Origin: Gammaproteobacteria bacterium
GTDB lineage: Bacteria > Pseudomonadota > Gammaproteobacteria > Steroidobacterales > XN24
Length of the DNA stretch: 64,000 nt
Assembly: GCA_020341735.1 (NCBI GenBank)
Contig: CP070833.1
Span: 2,387,527-2,451,526 of the forward strand
Direction of reading: 5' to 3'
The translations under genes were made by a program, and so were the position numbers. Below, piece by piece: positions 56,352-64,000 of this stretch; the first letter of the stretch is position 1, and each line of letters opens with the position of its first letter. The notes beneath the pieces are model-generated. The model worked only from the letters and a program-made list of their open reading frames with translations, was not told where the DNA came from and did not search any database.

Positions 56352-57842
56352 ATGGCGCTCGTCTTCATCGGCTGTGGCCGGCAGCCGCCCTCGGAGACGG
56401 AGATCCGATCTGAGGAGGTCGGCTCGGCGTCTCCCCTGTCTCATCGCCCGGAAGACGTCGATGGCCTGCAGGTTCCGGAGGAATTGCAGGGCATCGTGGA
56501 TCCATGGTTCGGTGACCTGTCCGACATGGTCGAGCGTAGACTCGTGCGAGTTGCCGTCGCGCGCGGCGGCTTCTTCTATTACATCCGCGACGGCAGGCAG
56601 CATGGACTCACCTCCGAGGCCGTGCGTCTGTTCGAGAAATTCCTCAACCGGAAACTCGGCCTCTCCGGCACGAACAGGGTGCACGTCATCGCGCTGCCGC
56701 TTACCCGGGATCAGCTACTGGGTGCGGTGGTAGATGGTCATGCGGACATCGCGGCCGGCGGACTGACCGAGACTGCCGACCGAAGGAGACTTGTGGACTT
56801 CTCCTCACCCTGGCTGACCGGCGTCAGGGAACTGGTGGTCACAGGACCGGTCGCGCGTCCACTTGCGAGCCTGGACGATCTTTCCGGCAGGGAGGTCGTC
56901 GTAAGGGTATCCAGTTCGTATTACGAGAGCCTGCTGGCGCTGAGCGAGCGTTTTGTTGCAGCAGGCAGCCCGGCCATAGATATCCTGCCAGCCCACGAGA
57001 TCTTCGAAGACGAGGACCTGTTGGAGATGGCGTCGGTTGGCATGATCGGCATCACGGTGGCGGACGATTACGTAGCGCGATTCTGGTCACAGGTATTTGC
57101 GGATCTGACCTTGCATGACGACCTGTCTGTACGTGAGGCGGGTGCCATCGCCTGGGGCATCCGCAAAAAAAGCCCGGAGCTGAAGGCAGCAGTCAACGAG
57201 TTCATAAACATTAACCGACTCGGCACGAAGACCGGCAATATCGTGCGAAATCGCTACCTCGACAACCCGGATCGCGTCGTCAACGCTCTGTCCGGCGATC
57301 GTCTGGCGCAACTGTCAAAGGAAGCGCCCTATTTCCGTGAGTACGCGAATCGTTTCGGTCTCGACTGGCTCCAGCTAGCCGCCCAGGGATTCCAGGAATC
57401 AAAGCTGGACAACCGGAGACGCAGCCCCGCGGGCGCCATTGGAATCATGCAGGTCATGCCCCAGACCGCACGCATGATGGGGGTCCGCGACTACAAGTCG
57501 ATGGAGGGCAGCATACACGCTGGCGCCAAGTATATGCGCCACCTGATCGACCAATATTTCCCTGACGAGAGCATTGATCCAATGAACCGATGGCTGTTCG
57601 CACTTGCCGGTTACAACGCGGGCGGCGCAAGAATCAGTCGCTATCGTGAAAAGGCGGCAGCGGATGGTCTGGACCCGGATCGATGGTTCGGCGAGGTGGA
57701 ACAAGTGGCGGCTGACAGGATCGGATCGGAAACCGTTAACTACGTGCGCAATGTCATGAAGTACTACCTTGCATACAGGATGACCTTCGAACGCGAGCAA
57801 CTGCGCCGCGATGTTCTCGCGCGCCTCGGGCGGGTGGACTGA
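56352..57842 (+). CDS. mltF: Membrane-bound lytic murein transglycosylase F-like (solute-binding-protein-3 domain plus SLT domain)
   Basis: N-terminal SBP_bac_3-like region (LRVAV...DGHADIAAGGLT...). C-terminal SLT motifs (QGFQESKLDNRRRSPAGAIGIMQVMP, AGYNAGG). The true start may lie upstream (see findings). Confidence 0.85.
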   Translation: MALVFIGCGRQPPSETEIRSEEVGSASPLSHRPEDVDGLQVPEELQGIVDPWFGDLSDMVERRLVRVAVARGGFFYYIRDGRQHGLTSEAVRLFEKFLNRKLGLSGTNRVHVIALPLTRDQLLGAVVDGHADIAAGGLTETADRRRLVDFSSPWLTGVRELVVTGPVARPLASLDDLSGREVVVRVSSSYYESLLALSERFVAAGSPAIDILPAHEIFEDEDLLEMASVGMIGITVADDYVARFWSQVFADLTLHDDLSVREAGAIAWGIRKKSPELKAAVNEFININRLGTKTGNIVRNRYLDNPDRVVNALSGDRLAQLSKEAPYFREYANRFGLDWLQLAAQGFQESKLDNRRRSPAGAIGIMQVMPQTARMMGVRDYKSMEGSIHAGAKYMRHLIDQYFPDESIDPMNRWLFALAGYNAGGARISRYREKAAADGLDPDRWFGEVEQVAADRIGSETVNYVRNVMKYYLAYRMTFEREQLRRDVLARLGRVD

Positions 57843-57871
57843 AGTCAGGCTCGGGCAGCGCCAACCCGGCC

Positions 57872-58225
57872 TTACAAACCCAGCTCCCTGCAGACGGTCT
57901 CGACGACCAACTTGTCGTCCTCAAAACCGATCAATGACTCGCGATCGTCTTCCGCATCCGACTCCATCACGAAATACAGCACAGCGGCCTGGACCGTACG
58001 CCGATGCTCCTCACCCGAGTCAATAGTCAATGTATCGATCAGCCGATGGCATCGGTTGGCTATCGCCTGAGCTGTATCCACGTCCATGTGATCCACATCC
58101 CGAGACGAAACCTCCACGCTGACAAGGTACGTAGCCACGCGACGGCGCAACTCCTCGCTCGAGAGGCGCGGGCCGGCCATCAGCTCCCTGAGCATGACAG
58201 CGATGGTCCCGGGCAGTGACTCCAT
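57872..58225 (-). CDS. Hypothetical acidic cytoplasmic protein
   Basis: ORF downstream of the Cys-less phosphatase paralogue. Start uncertain (58225 ATG or 58333 GTG). No family recognised. Confidence 0.4.
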   Translation of the reverse strand: MESLPGTIAVMLRELMAGPRLSSEELRRRVATYLVSVEVSSRDVDHMDVDTAQAIANRCHRLIDTLTIDSGEEHRRTVQAAVLYFVMESDAEDDRESLIGFEDDKLVVETVCRELGL

Positions 58226-58361
58226 TATCCGGGCAACTGAAAATGCACCATCGGGCTCGCGGTCACTGGTCAAATTCGGCTCCTCGTGACCATCTCTCGG
58301 GCGCGGCCTTTCGGGTCCTGGCGATCCATGCACCGATCAGCGGCTGGATCATTGCAGCAGC

Positions 58362-58895
58362 TCAGGATTGACCGGCGCCCGCCTCCCACTCACGGATGTA
58401 TTCGATCTGTTGGTCCGTCTCGGGGATCTGTGGCTCCCATGCGCTCTTCTCCATGGAACTGTAAAGGATCGCCAGCTTGCGGATCGCCCGGTCACCATCA
58501 AGGCCACATTCCACGAGATAACAGCCGATCGCCACACCGGTTCGGCCGACGCCGCGATTCGCATGAATATACGTCGTCTCGCCACGGCTCATCGCGTCAC
58601 TGATCTCGCGGAACACGGCAGCCATCTGTACCGGACTGCGGGGAATTCCTTTGTCACGTACGGGGTGATGGCTGTACTGGACATCGACACCTAGCATGTC
58701 GGCCTCCCGATGCAGTATCTCCGCATAGGCAAGGCATTCCTTCTTCTCGGACAGGTCGATGAACTGTCCGATACCGGAGACCAGGAAACGGCGGATCCGG
58801 CGGGTGGCCTCCTCAGGCCCGTCGACGCCGGGATGCTCACCTGCAAGCAGCACGTCCGGAATCACCCAGAAAGCGTTGTCGATAGGTTTAGTCAT
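58362..58895 (-). CDS. Paralogue of the 39053-39574 phosphatase lacking the catalytic Cys (pseudophosphatase-like)
   Basis: Collinear with the other copy along its full length (FIDL, P..D...P, GVGRTG..GCYLV..GL.GD.A, SSMEKS.W.P..PET..Q). The P-loop reads IHANRGVGRTG instead of VHCWGGVGRTG. Confidence 0.75.
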   Translation of the reverse strand: MTKPIDNAFWVIPDVLLAGEHPGVDGPEEATRRIRRFLVSGIGQFIDLSEKKECLAYAEILHREADMLGVDVQYSHHPVRDKGIPRSPVQMAAVFREISDAMSRGETTYIHANRGVGRTGVAIGCYLVECGLDGDRAIRKLAILYSSMEKSAWEPQIPETDQQIEYIREWEAGAGQS

Positions 58896-58901
58896 CCTGC
58901 C

Positions 58902-60389
58902 TCAGTCAACTCCCCGTTCCGGTCGCCGAAGACTGACCTGCGCGTGAAATCGCCCGCCACGTATAACGGCCTCCAACTGGCGGAAATTGGCCACGTCCTG
59001 GGACGGGTCCGCGCCGAGCACGAGCAGATCTGCAATCTTCCCGGCCTCCACCGTGCCGATTTCGCCCTCCCGCTGCATCGCCCGGGCACTGTTCAGCGTC
59101 GCGGCCACGATGACGTCTATCGCCGGCATGCCGGCCGCCTGCATGGCCTCCATTTCAGCATGAATCGAAGGTCCGGCAACAGTCAGTGGATTGCCCGCAT
59201 CCGTACCCATCGCGATGGTACCACCGGCTTGATGGACGGCCATCAGGTTGCCAGCCATCACCTGGTAGCTTTTTGCCGCACGATCCGCGTAGGCGTCAAG
59301 TCTCTCGCGGTCGAACCGGCCGAACTGGCCGGATTCCGCCGACTGCGCGATCTTCGCCAAAGTGTCCTGGTCAACGCAGCGGTTCGGATCATCCACATCG
59401 GGCGGCGGATCTCCGGTGAGCACTGACTCGTACATTCGAACGTAACCACCTCTCACCGCCAGCGTCGGCGTGTATATTACTTCCCGCGCCGGGTCTGTCA
59501 GCATTTCGAGGAATTCGGCATCGACCGGCTCGTCCTGCACGCTGTGGACAAGCAGCCGCGCGCCGGCGCGTAGCGCAACCTTGGCCTCCCGAAGCCGGGT
59601 CGCGTGCACCAACAACTGCACGCCGTAGGTGGCCGCCTCGTCGCCCACCGCCGAGAGTCGGGCGTCCAGCTCGTCCCGCATATCCTGTGATGGCGCCAGG
59701 AACCAGACCTTGATCGCATCGGTGTGGTTTGCAGCCAGGTATCGTACTCCCGCGCGCCCGGATTCTTCGTCATTCAGCTCGATGATCCTGCTTTCCGCCG
59801 GCAACACCCATTTCGGTGGGCTGACGTGGCTGATCAACGGCCCCGCCGCCGCAACATGTGGCGCAAAGGGATCCCCGCGGACGCGATCCCTCAGGGTCCA
59901 TGTCCAAGGGAAGCCACCGACGTCGAAAACCGCGGTGACGCCCGAACACAGGTAGGCTCGGAGATACCTCTCCGGCATGGTCCGCTGGCGGAACTCGACG
60001 GCCTCGAACGGATAGATGGACCGGACGTCCAGGGCATCGGGACGGCCATCGCCCCAGGCCGTCTGGTCAAAGTGCACGTGCGCATCAACGATGCCGGGCG
60101 TGATCCACCGACCGGAGACATCGATCAGGCGGGCGGAGTCCGGCACACCGCAATCTGACGAAGGTCCCGCACACGCTATCCGATCACTTTCGATCAGCAC
60201 GACGGCGTCATCAACAGGCACGCCGCCGGTCCCGTCGATCAGGGTCCCACCCACCAGCGCAACCAGCGTCGATCCAGCGGGAGACTGGACACGTTCATCG
60301 AGCGCGGGGCGGTCCGAACATGCGGCCAAAAAGAATGCCGTCAAAATGGCGATGGCGAAACTTGCGATCAGCCCGCTGAATCTATGCAT
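58902..60389 (-). CDS. Secreted/lipoprotein amidohydrolase-family metallohydrolase
   Basis: Lipobox ...LTAFFLAAC. GGTLIDGTG...WITPGIVDAHVHF (HxH metal motif)...LVHA...GTDAGNP, typical of the amidohydrolase superfamily. Confidence 0.82.
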   Translation of the reverse strand: MHRFSGLIASFAIAILTAFFLAACSDRPALDERVQSPAGSTLVALVGGTLIDGTGGVPVDDAVVLIESDRIACAGPSSDCGVPDSARLIDVSGRWITPGIVDAHVHFDQTAWGDGRPDALDVRSIYPFEAVEFRQRTMPERYLRAYLCSGVTAVFDVGGFPWTWTLRDRVRGDPFAPHVAAAGPLISHVSPPKWVLPAESRIIELNDEESGRAGVRYLAANHTDAIKVWFLAPSQDMRDELDARLSAVGDEAATYGVQLLVHATRLREAKVALRAGARLLVHSVQDEPVDAEFLEMLTDPAREVIYTPTLAVRGGYVRMYESVLTGDPPPDVDDPNRCVDQDTLAKIAQSAESGQFGRFDRERLDAYADRAAKSYQVMAGNLMAVHQAGGTIAMGTDAGNPLTVAGPSIHAEMEAMQAAGMPAIDVIVAATLNSARAMQREGEIGTVEAGKIADLLVLGADPSQDVANFRQLEAVIRGGRFHAQVSLRRPERGVD

Positions 60390-60653
60390 GGGGGCGTAGT
60401 GTACTTATGGTGGCTTGCGGGTAAAGCGCTGACAGGGATCGCGGCCACCTGGAAAGCCCTGCCAGGCGCTGCGGGTAAAATCCCAGCGAGTGATGCGGGC
60501 GCCAGGGCGCGGCTGCGGGTTTCATTGGATGGACCGGGGACAACCGCGTTCGTCTCACTACTGCATCAGGGCAATCCGGTGGTTACGGGACTCGAACGGA
60601 CCGGCTTACATCCTCATCCGCTCAGGCCATCCTGAACATGGCGGGGTGAACAG

Positions 60654-61307
60654 TTAACCCTGGGCAGCGAGGCGATCCGCCCAGCGGGTGGTTTCGGGCA
60701 GTCGGTAGCGTGTCAGACAGGCGAGCGTGTAGTGGATCGCCGTTTCCAGAGACACACGATGTCCCGCCGACACGAACAGAGGCCGCACCCCGGCCCGAGT
60801 CCGCAGCACGGCGCCGATCCTCTCCTGCCCGTCCATCAGCGGAGTCCAGTCACCCTTGCGGTCGGGAACATCGGCATGGGTACCGATCAGCCGACTCTTC
60901 GCCACGCCTATCGTCGGCAGGCCAGTCAACACCCCGAGGTGACAGGCCAGACCGAATCTCCGCGGGTGTGCAGATCCCTGTCCATCGCACAGGATCAGAT
61001 CCGGCGCCATGTGTAACCGATCGATGGCCTCGAGCAATACCGGTATCTCTCGGAATGAGAGCAGTCCGGGAACGTACGGAAAGGTTGTCGGCCGGCGCGC
61101 AATTGCGTGCTCTACGAGCTGAAGTCCGGGAAATTCCAGCACAGCAACTGCGCCGCGGGTGACCTTCATATCGTCCTCGAATGCCACGTCTGTTCCGGCG
61201 ACATGCCTGACCGCCCCGAGATCGTCATCTCGGACGACCAATCCTCGCAGCTTCTGCTGGATGTTTCGGGCCTCGGCCGGCGTAACGTCCCAGGGGTGCG
61301 CGGTCAC
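60654..61307 (-). CDS. nfi: Endonuclease V (deoxyinosine 3' endonuclease)
   Basis: [14 protein letters not shown]...VAGTDVAF...[19 protein letters not shown]...[39 protein letters not shown]...PLFVSAGHR. Start proposed at the in-frame GTG 61307; uncertain. Confidence 0.85.
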   Translation of the reverse strand: MTAHPWDVTPAEARNIQQKLRGLVVRDDDLGAVRHVAGTDVAFEDDMKVTRGAVAVLEFPGLQLVEHAIARRPTTFPYVPGLLSFREIPVLLEAIDRLHMAPDLILCDGQGSAHPRRFGLACHLGVLTGLPTIGVAKSRLIGTHADVPDRKGDWTPLMDGQERIGAVLRTRAGVRPLFVSAGHRVSLETAIHYTLACLTRYRLPETTRWADRLAAQG

Positions 61308-61567
61308 GCTTTCATCCGGCCACGACTGGGCGATGGCCAGGCCCCCGCTAGACGAAGTCCGGCGGTCGGAGGAAGTATCGTGACAGTCAGCGGGACACGC
61401 ATCCGGATCATTGAGAACACGGCCATACCGGCCGAGTCTAGCATCGACATTGCCATGGGCTGTTGCGGCCTCGATCAAATCGCGATTGCCGTTTGTAACC
61501 GAGACACTGGCGCCTATACTGACCTCGCCGAACGCACGCAGCCACGACAGCAACTCGACGGGTCTCG

Positions 61568-63070
61568 ATGAACAGAGACGACGCCAGCGGACCGGGGTCG
61601 GGCCCCTCGGTAAAGATACCCAGCCTGGGAGACGCGATCACGCCCGTCATCGTATTGATCCTGCTGTTGTCTTTCTCCGTCTATCTGTTCGGCGACGACT
61701 CGTCCTACGGGGCCAACCAGGTAGCCCTGATCATCGCATCCGTCGTCGCCAGCTTTATCGCAGTAAAGAACGGACATCGCTGGCAGGACCTCCACAGCGC
61801 CATCTCATCCGGTATCTCCGTGGCGATCGGCGCCATGCTCATACTGCTCTCGGTAGGCGCGTTGATCGGTAGCTGGATGCTGGCCGGCACCGTGCCGGCG
61901 ATGGTCTATTACGGCCTCGAGGTCATGCATCCGTCGATCTTCTACGCGGCCACCTGTCTGATATGCGCTCTGGTCGCAGTCGCTGTCGGTAGCTCCTGGA
62001 CCGTCGCCGGAACCATCGGTATCGGCTTGATGGGCGTCGGCATCGGTCTCGGGTTGCGGCCGGAGATCGCAGCAGGCGCGATCATCTCGGGATCCTACTT
62101 TGGTGACAAGATGTCACCGTTATCAGATACCACGAACCTGGCGCCGGCGGTCGCCGGTGCCGAATTATTCACCCATATCCGCCACATGGCGTGGACCACG
62201 GGACCGTCCTTCCTGATCGCGCTGTTCCTGTTCATAACAATCGGCATATTTGCCTCGCCGCAGGGAGACGACATGCAGCTCGGCGGATTGTCCGAGGTCC
62301 TGCAGCGCGAATTCCGTCTGGGCGCGATAAATCTATTACCCGTCGCGCTGATCGTCTGGATGGCGATCAAACGGATACACGCCCTTCCGACTATCCTGGC
62401 GGGCGCCGCAGCGGGCGCGGTACTCGCGGCTTTCCTGCAGCCCGAGCAGGCCGTGACTCTGGCCTCGTCTCCCGACCTGCCGCACTGGCTGGCCGTCATC
62501 AAAGGCGTGTGGATCTCGTTGTTCGACGGCTACGCGTCAAACACGGGCGACGCGACCATAGACGACCTGCTCACCAGGGGCGGTATGATCAGTTTCCTCA
62601 ACACGATCTTCCTGATCCTGACCGCCCTTTCGTTCGGGGCTGTGATGGAGCATACAGGGCTGCTCGAGAGAATGATTTCGGGATTGGTGCGCGCGGCCCG
62701 CGGCACGGGATCGCTCATCTCGGCCGTCGTCGGAACCACGATTCTCTCCAATATCGTCACGGCTGATCAGTACATGTCCATCGTCGTCCCGGGCCGAATG
62801 TTCAGGGAGGAGTTCCGGCGGCGCAGGCTCAAGGCGCGAAATCTCTCGCGCACCATAGAGGATGCAGGAACCCTGACTTCGCCGTTAATTCCCTGGAACA
62901 CCTGCGGGGCCTACATGGCGGCGACACTGGGCGTGGCAACGGTAGCCTACCTCCCCTTTTGCTTCCTGAATCTGGTCAATCCGCTGGTGGCGATTCTCTA
63001 CGGAGTTCGGGACATAAAGATCGAGAGATATGGCGACAAAGAGCCGATACCGGCGATCGACCATGCCTGA
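61568..63070 (+). CDS. nhaC: Na+/H+ antiporter, NhaC family
   Basis: 500-aa polytopic protein. ...[22 protein letters not shown]... and ...[19 protein letters not shown]... are typical NhaC motifs. Confidence 0.85.
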   Translation: MNRDDASGPGSGPSVKIPSLGDAITPVIVLILLLSFSVYLFGDDSSYGANQVALIIASVVASFIAVKNGHRWQDLHSAISSGISVAIGAMLILLSVGALIGSWMLAGTVPAMVYYGLEVMHPSIFYAATCLICALVAVAVGSSWTVAGTIGIGLMGVGIGLGLRPEIAAGAIISGSYFGDKMSPLSDTTNLAPAVAGAELFTHIRHMAWTTGPSFLIALFLFITIGIFASPQGDDMQLGGLSEVLQREFRLGAINLLPVALIVWMAIKRIHALPTILAGAAAGAVLAAFLQPEQAVTLASSPDLPHWLAVIKGVWISLFDGYASNTGDATIDDLLTRGGMISFLNTIFLILTALSFGAVMEHTGLLERMISGLVRAARGTGSLISAVVGTTILSNIVTADQYMSIVVPGRMFREEFRRRRLKARNLSRTIEDAGTLTSPLIPWNTCGAYMAATLGVATVAYLPFCFLNLVNPLVAILYGVRDIKIERYGDKEPIPAIDHA

Positions 63071-63152
63071 TTGCTTTCGCCAGACCGGGGGCAAGCGCTC
63101 TCCGGTTTGCCGGCCGTCACCTGCACCGATCGTCCAGGCTCGGCCAACTCGA

Positions 63153-64000
63153 CTACAGACTGCCCAGGTACTGGGCATTCTGCGAATCCTTGAGTAGCGG
63201 CCTGTTCACCAGACGGAAATCGCTGAAGAACATCATGAAGCGATCTTCACTGCCCGGCGAAAAGACACCGACGCGGCGTATCTTGTGCAACCGGAGTTGT
63301 CGGCCGTCCGGTCCGTTACGGATCGCGTCCATTGGAATCTGGTACAGGTTATAGCCAGGCTTCACGACCATGGTCAGGTCGGTGCGGTCCCCTTCGGCCT
63401 TCTCTCTCCGCTTGTCGTCGACCCGAAGAATGATCTCCCGGGAATGATCGAGTTCCGAATAGATCTCGATCTGCAGGGCGTTGTACCCGCGCCAGTCCGT
63501 ATAGGGTTCGTGCACCATGACCCCGGCCCCCGGCGCGGTATCGAACAGGACCATCGCGGTGATGCGCTCATTCCTGGATTTCCACTGCCTCGGCGGCATC
63601 CCGACGAACAGGAGTGAGTCACGCACCTCTATGAATCGCTGCTGCCAGGCGTCAGTCATGTCCACTACTCGCGGGTAGGCTCCATTCCGGCCCGCATAAG
63701 ACAAGGCCACCGGGAAGAGCGACTGCATTACGATCACCACGACCAGTACGGAACTCCAACCGATGACCTGGCGCGGGCGGCCCCGCAGACGATCATGCTC
63801 GCGGCGGAGTGGACGATCCAGCGCGGCGCTGAGAGTAAGAAATGCGATGCCGCCGAATATGTTGCGCAACAACCGGTCTTCGGCAGACGCGGACGCGTCG
63901 GGGAAGAACAGCTCCAATCCGACGCTCATGATCAGAACCGCTACGCCAGCCACGGCGTAGTAGAGCGACCGCTTGCGGATCCAGCGTCGACCGATCAGGG
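63153..64000 (-). CDS. Membrane protein with a C-terminal soluble domain, unknown function; N-terminus beyond the window edge
   Basis: The frame stays open from 63953 to position 64000 (...LIGRRWIRKRSLYYAVAGVAVLIM...), so the track start at 63953 is probably internal. No family recognised. Confidence 0.5.
   Translation of the reverse strand, partial: LIGRRWIRKRSLYYAVAGVAVLIMSVGLELFFPDASASAEDRLLRNIFGGIAFLTLSAALDRPLRREHDRLRGRPRQVIGWSSVLVVVIVMQSLFPVALSYAGRNGAYPRVVDMTDAWQQRFIEVRDSLLFVGMPPRQWKSRNERITAMVLFDTAPGAGVMVHEPYTDWRGYNALQIEIYSELDHSREIILRVDDKRREKAEGDRTDLTMVVKPGYNLYQIPMDAIRNGPDGRQLRLHKIRRVGVFSPGSEDRFMMFFSDFRLVNRPLLKDSQNAQYLGSL

Noticed and set aside
60560-60650. tRNA-like T-arm sequence (minus strand GTTCGAGTCC, followed by ..ACCACC) in the 264-bp gap between the amidohydrolase gene and nfi.
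   Set aside because: The flanking bases do not form a T-stem (GTCCG against CCCGT). No complementary acceptor 5' strand, D-arm or anticodon arm could be folded by hand. It is likely chance, or at most a decayed fragment. tRNAscan or Infernal would settle it.

Overview
This is a visibly GC-rich, gene-dense chromosomal segment, probably from a gammaproteobacterium. That guess rests on Pseudomonas-type PhoP boxes and on cioAB-like, MacAB-like and TtcA/AzoR/MsrA housekeeping genes. I call about 65 CDS. I found no rRNA, tRNA, CRISPR array, transposase, integrase or phage genes. High GC produces many long antisense ORFs in the track (up to 762 aa), which I treat as artefacts.

Gene content, left to right:
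- korA (partial) with a GltD-like/ferredoxin partner
- small housekeeping genes
- an MscK-like channel
- an enolase-superfamily enzyme
- an FNR-box-controlled cluster: monohaem cytochrome c, coiled-coil outer-membrane barrel, 8-haem cytochrome
- a Fur-box small gene
- ttcA, trkH/ktrA, azoR, an SNF transporter, msrA and an ABC1 kinase
- an eight-gene minus-strand envelope operon built around a MotA/TolQ/ExbB-type protein
- a divergent ycfJ-like, PepSY, phoP, phoQ unit
- a NERD protein
- a globin-RsbR stressosome module (rsbR-rsbS-rsbT, PP2C phosphatase, histidine kinase)
- a Cys-phosphatase, a P-type ATPase and a Kv channel
- an AraC regulator plus a MacAB-like exporter
- cytochrome bd (cio-type) with a small DUF2474-like ORF
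- mltF, an amidohydrolase, a Cys-less paralogue of the phosphatase, nfi and nhaC

Most interesting candidates:
1. The eight-gene translationally coupled operon at 24931-30894. It combines a stator-like proton-channel protein, an ExbD/TolR-like anchor, unknown periplasmic proteins, SPOR proteins and a lytic transglycosylase. Its order resembles Tol-Pal, and it sits behind one of two perfect divergent GTTCAG-N5-GTTCAG PhoP boxes next to phoPQ.
2. The FNR-controlled cytochrome c / barrel / octahaem cluster at 10839-14467, a candidate porin-cytochrome conduit.

All calls come from reading translations and motifs by eye. No searches were run. Motif coordinates were hand-counted and anchored to ORF-track coordinates.
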